Shown: piece after piece, positions 1 through 6,773 of the stretch
Layout: every line of letters begins with the position of its first letter
Numbering within the stretch: position 1 is the first letter of the stretch
DNA from: an uncultured Pirellulales bacterium
GTDB taxonomy: Bacteria > Planctomycetota > Phycisphaerae > Sedimentisphaerales > Anaerobacaceae
Direction: 5' to 3'
Length of the DNA stretch: 64,000 bases
Assembly (NCBI GenBank): GCA_964575615.1
Contig: CAZNSM010000002.1
Coordinates: 5,862-69,861, forward strand
Position numbers and translations under genes: made by a program
Notes under the pieces: generated by a model
Databases searched by the model: none
Seen by the model: only the letters and a program-made list of their open reading frames with translations
Told to the model about the DNA's origin: nothing

Positions 1-393
1 AGTCCTTGCCATAGCAGCAGTAAAAAAATTTTCGATGTCACGCGCGTTTTGTCGTTTGCCTGTTGCGTGTTTGGGACGAAATCGCATCTCTTCCCGGCGA
101 CATCAAGACCGCTGCGCAACCTGAAATCCGCGACGCCTTCCAGCTCTGAACCCACCAGATTGCGAACCTTCAATCAGTGAGGCGGCGCTCTTTCGGCCTG
201 CGTTGGTGGAGGCAGCCGCAGGGACGGAGCGCTTAGGGGCTCTTCGGCGACCGAGAATCTGGGGTAGGTTCCACATCGGCGCGGGCGATAAGCGAACTCG
301 ACACCTATGCCACTGAATCCGGCTTGGGGGACAATTTCACAAGGGCGAGATTTCCAGCCGCCGCTGTGGGTGTTGCTGCTTCTGGGGTTAATG

Positions 394-837
394 TCACAGG
401 TGGACGATTTCGATGTGGCCGAGCTTGCTTCTGAAATACTCCGCGACGAGACGGCGATGGCATTTGTCCGCTTTTGGTTCACTGCACAAGAGGCAAGCTT
501 GGTCCAGCGTGGCCAGATCGACGCGGTTCTCCGCCTGTCGTTCTCTCAAGAGCGCGCTGAACCCCTCTTCGTATTCGGTCCAGTCCATCGCCTTCTTCTT
601 GTAGGCGTCGAGAATCGCCTCTGTGGGGGCGAGAGCCGGTTCATGCCGATAGTCGCATTGGCAGATCTCACGCAGGAAGAAGGCCAAGTCGTCTCGTTTT
701 GTGAAACCGGCCAATTGGGATATGTTGTTGAGGCGGACATCGATCAAGCTCTTGACGTGAGCCTTCCGCAGAGTCGTGAAGAACTCCTCTGCAGTTTTCT
801 TGGTAAATCCGATGGTGTACAGCCTGATCTCACGCAT
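394..837 (-). CDS. DUF488-family protein (147 aa)
   Basis: The translation has the DUF488-type layout: N-terminal 'IRLYTIGFTKKTAEEFF..L....V..LIDVR' and C-terminal 'LLCSEPKADKCHRRLV'. The ATG at 835-837 overlaps the upstream gene's stop (830-832). Confidence 0.75.
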   Translation of the reverse strand: MREIRLYTIGFTKKTAEEFFTTLRKAHVKSLIDVRLNNISQLAGFTKRDDLAFFLREICQCDYRHEPALAPTEAILDAYKKKAMDWTEYEEGFSALLRERQAENRVDLATLDQACLLCSEPKADKCHRRLVAEYFRSKLGHIEIVHL

Positions 838-1456
838 GCTTCACCCGAACCGTCTCTTCCGCATCATCATCCGCGTGATGCGCGATTCGCTCGGCCTGGC
901 GCCTGTAGGCTTCGTCAAGGCGTTCCTCGTAAGACCTTCCAAACCCGGGGAGTTCTTCCGACGCCAAATCGTAGACCCGTAACAGACGAGCTTCCGCCTC
1001 TTGCTGGTCTTCGCACGACCCGTTGCTCAGGATGTGCTGGACCGTCACGTGCGACGCGTGGTAGAGATGACGCGATATCAACACCATGCGATGGCACGTA
1101 ATGGGGTCCTTTTCGGCGCACATCACAGACAGGCGGAATCGCCTCATCCCTTGCTGGAGACGTTCGATGCCCTGCCGAAACTCCGGGCGGTCGGCGAGAA
1201 TGTCCAGACGGACAACACCATCGATGTAGCATGCCGGTATGTTCGGCCTGGCGCCGCACAGGTCGCCAACAAAGACGTAGGCGATGCCCATCTTGCGCAG
1301 AGTCACCATGAGGTTCTCCCGGTTGAACTCGGGCTTGAACCTGCTATGAGGATTCGATCGCACGTCGGCGACGGCCGTAATACCGTGTTGGTTCAGGACG
1401 TCGCAGAAGGATGCGATTGTGTGAGGAGCGTATCCGATTGTGAAGATATGGCCCAT
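830..1456 (-). CDS. DUF488-family protein with acidic/helical C-terminal extension (208 aa)
   Basis: 'HIFTIGYAPHTIASFCDVL..HGITAVADVRS.P.SRF.PEF' and 'VMCAEKDPITCHR' match the same family as the downstream paralog. The start lies 1 nt after the upstream gene's stop, indicating operon coupling. Confidence 0.75.
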   Translation of the reverse strand: MGHIFTIGYAPHTIASFCDVLNQHGITAVADVRSNPHSRFKPEFNRENLMVTLRKMGIAYVFVGDLCGARPNIPACYIDGVVRLDILADRPEFRQGIERLQQGMRRFRLSVMCAEKDPITCHRMVLISRHLYHASHVTVQHILSNGSCEDQQEAEARLLRVYDLASEELPGFGRSYEERLDEAYRRQAERIAHHADDDAEETVRVKHA

Positions 1457-1457
1457 G

Positions 1458-2168
1458 TCAACACGGTCTTCTATGGTAGCACCTTATGTCTGCTGGGCAG
1501 CCCGGAAACGTGTAAATCCCGTTCGCCTGTATCCAAAACCCCCTCCTGCCGTCAGGGGACTGGTATTCACGGCTCAGTCCCACACGGACAAAGACCTCTT
1601 CCTGCGAGTGGAGAAAACCATTCAGCCTGTCCAATGCACCGTGCTCGGCAGCGTGACTCATGGCATATTCGTAGAAGCCCAAATCTGTTATCGATATGTA
1701 CCTGAATTCCCTGCCGGAGTTCTCCATGATATGAACTCGGAGCTTGCTATCATTATAGCAATCTTTGACGACCTGCAAACCCCGCGGCTCGATGCGGAGT
1801 GTGATGATAGAAGTATTCGGTGGCGTTTCTGTGGGTATGTACTTCTGGCCTTGTGGAATCCGAACAGAGAACCCATCTTCCACAGATTCAGCCGCACGGC
1901 CCGCCAGGATGTGATGGAATGTCACCGAAGAACAGGGACCGCAAGCGGCCAGATTTTCGCAAGAGTGATCCTCCAAATGGGGCGGCGAGCACCGTCTCGG
2001 GGTGAACTGCCCCGTGAGAATTGCGCCGGGCAGGATGTTCAGTTCCCTGCACTTGGCCTTGGAAAGGTAGGGCAGGGGCGGGATACAGACGCCGGTCGCG
2101 GGGCATATACCCGCGATGCAGACATTTTGGTTTTCGAACCTTGTCAGGTCGGTGACGATGATCTCCAT
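1458..2168 (-). CDS. Hypothetical Cys-rich protein (about 236 aa), first gene of the DUF488 trio
   Basis: Long ORF with GC-rich third codon positions. The ATG at 2166-2168 is preceded by AAGGTGG. The track's GTG start at 2177 is an alternative. I recognise no confident family. Confidence 0.55.
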   Translation of the reverse strand: MEIIVTDLTRFENQNVCIAGICPATGVCIPPLPYLSKAKCRELNILPGAILTGQFTPRRCSPPHLEDHSCENLAACGPCSSVTFHHILAGRAAESVEDGFSVRIPQGQKYIPTETPPNTSIITLRIEPRGLQVVKDCYNDSKLRVHIMENSGREFRYISITDLGFYEYAMSHAAEHGALDRLNGFLHSQEEVFVRVGLSREYQSPDGRRGFWIQANGIYTFPGCPADIRCYHRRPC

Positions 2169-2599
2169 AGCAGCCACCTTTCCCTCGCATAACTAATGGC
2201 TCCACACTTCGTCTCGTCGCGCTGCGTTCCGTCCGTGGGGTCTGTGTGCTTCGGTGAGCCGCATCAAGGGTGCTTCCATCTTCCTCGTCCATCGGTCATT
2301 TCAGGCCGGGAGTTGAATGGAAACAGGCCGCTCGACAGATGTGGGCAGGCTCCAACCCTGTAAACACTTGTGCAGGTGGGTTTAACGGAGAATTGACGGG
2401 GGGCTCATGGGATTGTAACGCGAGGGGGCGATGCTGGGGTCGAGCCGTCGCGGGGATGGCGGTCAGACGGAATAGAATTCAGGAGTCAGAGATGGACGAG
2501 CGCTGCATTGGATGTCCGTGGTTCGATCGGGAGACCGAGACCTGCTTCCGCAAATCGCCCAGGTTCTGTGAAGTGGATCAGACCGCGCTGGGCGTGGGG

Positions 2600-2800
2600 T
2601 CAGCCATAGGTTTTGCCGGCATCGTCGACGTACAGCTCGCCTTTGGCCTGGTTGACGATGGCGGCGGCCTCGGGGACCTCGGTCAGGTCGGGAACCTTCA
2701 ATAGGCGGAAGCACTTTCGGCATCGCAGCCGACGGTCGGCGGCGCTGCCGTCCAGCCACCAGTGGTAGCCGCAACGGGGGCATTGGGCGATGATGTGCAT
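2600..2800 (-). CDS. Small zinc-ribbon protein (66 aa)
   Basis: Two CxxC pairs ('CPRCGYHWW...LRCRKC'). ATG with an AGAGG RBS about 8 nt upstream. Coding-like codon usage. Confidence 0.5.
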   Translation of the reverse strand: MHIIAQCPRCGYHWWLDGSAADRRLRCRKCFRLLKVPDLTEVPEAAAIVNQAKGELYVDDAGKTYG

Positions 2801-3001
2801 CCGATAACCTCTGTCGCAAACGTTACTTAGAGTTTCCTGCCTCTATATAGTCGTCCGGCGAGGCGGTTTATTTTGAGCCGGATTGCGATTTCCTGCTCGC
2901 GTGCCGAATGCACTGGTCTAATAATAAAGAGGCCGCCAGGGCAGGATCGGTAACAGGCGATTTGCGAAAAACTTCTCGGACCTGCGGCCCGTAGAATCCA
3001 C

Positions 3002-3030
3002 TTGAATCGAGCCCATAATTGTGGTACGAT
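3002..3030 (+). promoter_or_regulatory. Candidate sigma-70-type promoter (TTGAAT-N17-TACGAT with TGn extended -10)
   Basis: Read directly: ttgaat cgagcccataattgtgg tacgat. It lies about 25 nt upstream of the small ORF's ATG at 3054. Confidence 0.3.
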
Positions 3031-3053
3031 AAGTGCTACTGGGGGCAGAAGTA

Positions 3054-3278
3054 ATGAACGGCTGGATCGGATACAAATCGTTGGGTGTTTTTGATGTTGC
3101 GGCTGCCTCGATGCCATTTTCGCGGCGTCTGCTGGTCGGCCACAGCGAAGCGTCCGGTCCTGTCCACGTCGACGTCCACGTCCGATCCTACGACGATTCG
3201 TGCCCCCTGGCCTTTCCGGCTCCAGCGCCGCTACCCGGCCGCCTGCCGGTCGGAACCATCCTCGACTGCTACGTTTGA
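3054..3278 (+). CDS. Possible small protein (74 aa), unknown function
   Basis: ATG preceded by GGGGG/GAAG. Third codon positions are mostly G/C. It is the only plausible coding frame in an otherwise unassigned 600-nt gap. Confidence 0.35.
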   Translation: MNGWIGYKSLGVFDVAAASMPFSRRLLVGHSEASGPVHVDVHVRSYDDSCPLAFPAPAPLPGRLPVGTILDCYV

Positions 3279-3358
3279 CAACGTAAGCGGTTTTTCCAAA
3301 AGCCTTTAAGAGTTGATCGCTCCGTTTCTGCGCGGGGCGTGTCGGCCTCGGGCAGCGC

Positions 3359-3398
3359 AAAAAAACGGGGGCCTTTGCGCCATCCTTGGCAGGCCCCA
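3359..3398 (-). terminator. Rho-independent terminator downstream of flgM
   Basis: On the minus strand the stem GGGGCC...GGCCCC is followed by a run of seven U (plus strand aaaaaaa at 3359-3365). Confidence 0.5.
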
Positions 3399-3426
3399 CG
3401 ACTCGATCTGTCTTTCTATAAAGTCT

Positions 3427-3696
3427 TTATATTCCGAAGCTTAGGATATTCCTCGCGGCCGCTTGCACGTTCTCCAGGCTGGTCAGTTGACCTGAGGCGA
3501 GTAGCTGGCGAGCCTCTTCGACGGCAACGGCATCGGCCTGGGCGGAATTCTTGGCCTGATTGATCAGGTCTTCGAAGCTCACGTGCAGCGAAGCGTCGGC
3601 CTGGCTGCCTCGCGGCGTATTGACGGGGTCGGGAGTTGGGAAGGATGCCTGTCCCATGAGGGGGCCGACTCGGTTGATGTCAATGTTGTTTATCAT
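3427..3696 (-). CDS. flgM: Anti-sigma-28 factor FlgM (89 aa)
   Basis: Small protein with a disordered N-terminus and a C-terminal helical segment, 'AVEEARQLLASGQLTSLENVQAAARNIL', resembling the FlgM sigma-28-binding region. AAGGAA RBS. It sits next to the fliA operon and has terminators on both sides. Confidence 0.6.
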   Translation of the reverse strand: MINNIDINRVGPLMGQASFPTPDPVNTPRGSQADASLHVSFEDLINQAKNSAQADAVAVEEARQLLASGQLTSLENVQAAARNILSFGI

Positions 3697-3769
3697 TTCA
3701 CGTTCCTTAGTATCCGTGTTTCCATGTTTGTTTTCGTATGATCGGCCGGAATCTTAAGGGCCTTCCTGC

Positions 3770-3797
3770 AAAAAAAACCGGCCCATAATAGGGGCCT
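3770..3797 (-). terminator. Rho-independent terminator ending the flhA-fliA operon
   Basis: Minus strand reads GGCCC-ctattat-GGGCC followed by eight U (plus strand aaaaaaaa at 3770-3777). It lies 45 nt downstream of the lipoprotein gene's stop. Confidence 0.6.
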
Positions 3798-3841
3798 CAC
3801 CACTCGTGGCGGACCGTCCGGCCCTGAAGGCGGACCGGCCG

Positions 3842-4528
3842 CTATTGCTCCGACCGCTCGAACGTCTCGGCCACCTCGTAGGCGACGAACTTGCCGAATT
3901 TCAACGGACTGACGACCACCAGCTCTTCGCGCAGCGACGCAAAGCCGGTCCGCAGGTCGTCCTTGAAGTAGCGCTTGATTCGCTTCTGAATGTCGCGGTC
4001 GGAGCTGTCCCAGACCTGTTCGAGGCCCCAGATCAGTTGCCCGTCGGTCAGATCGATCAGCTTCAGACGCAGGCCGAGCGACATGTGCGGGTAGGGCGTA
4101 TATTCGGTGACGGTCCCGACGAGCAGGCCGTTGCACTTGAGGGTCTGGCGCAAGGCCAGCAGTTGTCGCATCGCCTGGAGCGAATCGAGGTTCTCCTGGA
4201 GGCCCCTCCAGTCGGGATTGTCCTGATGGACGATGGTCAGGCCAAAGACCTGCTTTTTCTGGAGGGCAACGAAGAGCGCCTCGGTCAGGTCGGCGGAGAT
4301 CTGGGGGTGGCCGGAGTTGTTGTCCAGTTCGACCAGTGCGATGCGGCCGAGGTTGGCGAGGTCTTTGTAGGGGTTCAGGTAGAACGAGCCGGCCATGCCG
4401 TTGCCGTTCTGAGGCGATTCGCAGCCAGCCTGCAAGGCGGCTACGACCACGGCGGCAACGAGCAACAAGGCCCGGCGTCCGACGGACGCGGAGCTTCGGC
4501 GGCCCGATTCGTTTAGGCTACGGTACAT
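3842..4528 (-). CDS. Lipoprotein (228 aa), possible periplasmic flagellar accessory component
   Basis: Signal peptide with lipobox 'ALQAGC'. GGGAGGAA RBS. The start overlaps the upstream gene by 11 nt. It is the last gene of the fliA operon. The mature part loosely resembles LpoB/CsgG-N-like lipoprotein folds, judged by eye only. Confidence 0.7.
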   Translation of the reverse strand: MYRSLNESGRRSSASVGRRALLLVAAVVVAALQAGCESPQNGNGMAGSFYLNPYKDLANLGRIALVELDNNSGHPQISADLTEALFVALQKKQVFGLTIVHQDNPDWRGLQENLDSLQAMRQLLALRQTLKCNGLLVGTVTEYTPYPHMSLGLRLKLIDLTDGQLIWGLEQVWDSSDRDIQKRIKRYFKDDLRTGFASLREELVVVSPLKFGKFVAYEVAETFERSEQ

Positions 4529-5117
4529 TCGGTTCCTCCCTCACCGGCGCGTTGCTGACGTTGGAGTCCCCCTGGGGCTTGGCGCTGAGCGTCGCGGCGT
4601 GAAGACGTTCGAGGTTGGCGGCGTCCGCTTCCCCCCCGAGAATCTCCAGCACCTTCAGCAGCGCTTCTAACTGCGCCTTGGCGGCGTCGCGCATCTCCCC
4701 TCGAAAACCAAGGATGTTGCTCTTCCATGTGTTCAGCTCGGTGAGCATCTCGATGAGAAGCTCGTTGGCTTCGCCCAATTCCTTCTGCGTCTGTTTGAGC
4801 TTGGCCTCGAGGGCCGCGATCTGCTGCAAGAGGGCCTCGTTGTCGGCGGTCAGACGCTTGTTTTCCTCGCGCAGCGCGACGGTCTGGTCTGAGAGACGGG
4901 CATACTTCTCCGACAATTCGATGGCCGACTCGACGGCGGTCCGTCCTTCGAGCGGGGTATCCTGGAAGCGTTTCGCACTCGATCCGCCTGTCTGGGGGTT
5001 GGGTGCGTTCTCGGTGGTCATCGGGCGGATCGGTCGCTGCGGAGGGTTGCAGCCGCAGAAGGTGGCGGCCAGGCACGATACCGCGAACAGTGAAACGATT
5101 TGTCTGATCCTGCACAT
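4518..5117 (-). CDS. Coiled-coil lipoprotein (about 199 aa)
   Basis: 'MCRIRQIVSLFAVSCLAATFCGC' is a lipoprotein signal with a lipobox. It is followed by long heptad-like segments ('ALREENKRLTADNEALLQQIAALEAKLKQTQKEL'). GAGGAG RBS lies 7 nt upstream of the ATG at 5117. The track's start at 5147 is an alternative. Confidence 0.7.
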   Translation of the reverse strand: MCRIRQIVSLFAVSCLAATFCGCNPPQRPIRPMTTENAPNPQTGGSSAKRFQDTPLEGRTAVESAIELSEKYARLSDQTVALREENKRLTADNEALLQQIAALEAKLKQTQKELGEANELLIEMLTELNTWKSNILGFRGEMRDAAKAQLEALLKVLEILGGEADAANLERLHAATLSAKPQGDSNVSNAPVREEPNVP

Positions 5118-5143
5118 CGGATATCTCCTCGCAAAGCAACGTC

Positions 5144-5404
5144 TCATGAAGCCACCGTTGCGGCCGACGCGGGGGCGCCATCCGGCCGGGCATATTCACA
5201 TCGGACCAACGTGGTCTTGCCGCAGGAACAGGTCACCTCCACGAGGGCGTACTGTGGATGGTTCTCGGCAATGCGAATCCGCGTCGGCGCTGCGCCGCAT
5301 GAGGCGCCCGTCTTCGGAGCGGCCTTCGGGTGCAGATCCAGTCGGAACGAACCGTGCCACTGCACCTGGCTGGCTTTGAGAACACGTCTTGTTGGTTTCG
5401 GCAT
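5144..5404 (-). CDS. Small hypothetical protein (86 aa)
   Basis: The internal ATG at 5404 has an AAGGAAAAG RBS. The remainder of the 141-aa track ORF upstream of it is Arg/Pro low-complexity sequence. Coding-like codon usage. Confidence 0.5.
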   Translation of the reverse strand: MPKPTRRVLKASQVQWHGSFRLDLHPKAAPKTGASCGAAPTRIRIAENHPQYALVEVTCSCGKTTLVRCEYARPDGAPASAATVAS

Positions 5405-5450
5405 CGGCGTTTCTTTTCCTTGCTGTTTATTCCACCCGGGGCCAACGGCG

Positions 5451-5672
5451 TCAAGCACAATAATCGATCGAGTGCGGGTCGTCCTGATTGGGCGGGTTCG
5501 CCTTGGGCTCTTCGGCCTCTTCCGTCTCGGTCTCGGTCTCGGGCTCGGAGTGGGATTCCGACTTCGCATCCTGGCGGCGTTTGCGTTCCTCCTGCCTCTG
5601 GATCGGCGTCAGGCCCTGGATCGTCTGCAGCCCTTCAACTGGCCGGATGGCACTGTAATCACTATCCGTCAT
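5451..5672 (-). CDS. Small acidic protein (73 aa)
   Basis: ATG with a GGGGGAA RBS that overlaps the fliA stop by 11 nt. Contains a 'SEPETETETEEAEEP' acidic tract. GC3-rich codons. Confidence 0.5.
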   Translation of the reverse strand: MTDSDYSAIRPVEGLQTIQGLTPIQRQEERKRRQDAKSESHSEPETETETEEAEEPKANPPNQDDPHSIDYCA

Positions 5673-6483
5673 CGCGGTATTCCCCCAATTTGGCCGAGAG
5701 AATCACCAGCGCACTGGCGTGCAACTGGCTGACACGGGATTCGGTGATCTCGAGCAGATCGGCGATCTGCTTCATGGTCAGGTGCTTGTGGTAATAGAGC
5801 ACGATAATCTGAAGCCGGCGTCCGTCGAGCTCCTGCATGGCCGCCGTCAGCTTCTTGAGCATCTCGTCTTTTTCCATCCGACTGTCGGGAGCCGCGGTGT
5901 CGGCCGACGCCAGAATCTCTCCGAGGGCCGGTTGTTCCTCGCCGGACCCGTCGATGGAGACGAAGTGTTGGGCCCGCGCGCTCTCGAAGAGCGTTCCCAC
6001 CTCGTCGACGGAGATGCCCAGCTCATCGGCCAGTTGCTCGTCGGTAGGGGCGCTGCCGGTCCGCTGGGCGATGCTCTGGCTGACGCGCAGCGCGTGGCGC
6101 ACCTGTCGATTGACGTTGGAGGGCAGAGGCGAAGCCCTGCGCAGCTCATCGAGCACGGCGCCCTTGATTCGGATGTAGGCGTAGGTCCTGAACTCCGCCT
6201 GACGCGAGGCGTCGAAATCGCGGGCGGCCTTCAGCAGGCCCACCGTGCCGGCCGAGACCAGGTCGTCGAACGACAGCGGAGGATGCAGATAGCTGGCGGC
6301 GCGATGCGCGATCTGGCGGACCATCGGCAGCAGCTCGACGATCTCGTGTTCCGCGATCGAGCGGGTCTTGTGTCCCGAGTAGGCGCGCAGGGCGACGGCC
6401 TTGAGGTGGTCGCTCCTCTCGGCGGTCTGCCCGGCGGTGGTCTCGTCGGTTGCTTCCAGAAGATCGTCAGTTTTTGCGGTCAC
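5662..6483 (-). CDS. fliA: Flagellar sigma factor FliA (sigma-28, 273 aa)
   Basis: Sigma-70 family regions 2-4 are recognisable: 'FRTYAYIRIKGAVLDELRR' and the region 4 HTH 'LTMKQIADLLEITESRVSQLHASAL'. GTG start. Located downstream of flhA. Confidence 0.9.
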   Translation of the reverse strand: MTAKTDDLLEATDETTAGQTAERSDHLKAVALRAYSGHKTRSIAEHEIVELLPMVRQIAHRAASYLHPPLSFDDLVSAGTVGLLKAARDFDASRQAEFRTYAYIRIKGAVLDELRRASPLPSNVNRQVRHALRVSQSIAQRTGSAPTDEQLADELGISVDEVGTLFESARAQHFVSIDGSGEEQPALGEILASADTAAPDSRMEKDEMLKKLTAAMQELDGRRLQIIVLYYHKHLTMKQIADLLEITESRVSQLHASALVILSAKLGEYRDDG

Positions 6484-6706
6484 CGGTCTGATCCTTGCTT
6501 ATCTGGCTGGCAATCATCGCCGCGGTCACAATGGCGTCCACGGCGCGCATGGCCACGGAGGCGACCAGGTACGTCACGACCGCGCCGAGCACGGCGCGTT
6601 TGCAGCAGGTGTCGGGCGACAGGCTTACCACGCATCCGACGATGCTCAGGACGAAGAAGGCGATCACCGCGGCGGTGAATGCGATGGGTCGTGTCTGCAG
6701 CAGCAT
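6467..6706 (-). CDS. Small two-TM membrane protein (79 aa)
   Basis: Two hydrophobic helices. ATG with a GGAGGAAA RBS. It occupies the flhA-fliA interval. Confidence 0.55.
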   Translation of the reverse strand: MLLQTRPIAFTAAVIAFFVLSIVGCVVSLSPDTCCKRAVLGAVVTYLVASVAMRAVDAIVTAAMIASQISKDQTGDRKN

Positions 6707-6773
6707 AAGTCAGTCGTTTCCTCCGTCGAGTGTGCACCGCACACCAGGGCCTTTTGTCTTGTGGGTCTTGTCG

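Noticed and set aside
174-1101. ORFs 174-482 (minus) and 307-1101 (plus) at the left edge
   Set aside because: The plus-strand ORF is antisense to the two DUF488 genes. The 102-aa minus-strand ORF overlaps the DUF488 gene's 3' end out of frame and looks non-coding. No supportable gene lies in 1-393.
2492-2704. Plus-strand ORF 'MDERCIGCPWFDRETETCFRKSPRFCEV...' with a strong AGGAG RBS
   Set aside because: Its first 35 or so codons look coding, but the frame then runs about 100 nt antisense into the convergent zinc-ribbon gene (2600-2800) with no stop. The evidence is insufficient to call it. It might be a short Cys-rich peptide with an uncertain end.
3739-3746. Sigma-28-like -10 element (GCCGATCA on the minus strand) upstream of flgM
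   Set aside because: The -10 matches 7 of 8 positions of GCCGATAA. However, no TAAA-like -35 lies at the required spacing of about 15 nt; the sequence there is GAAG. It is left as unproven rather than called.
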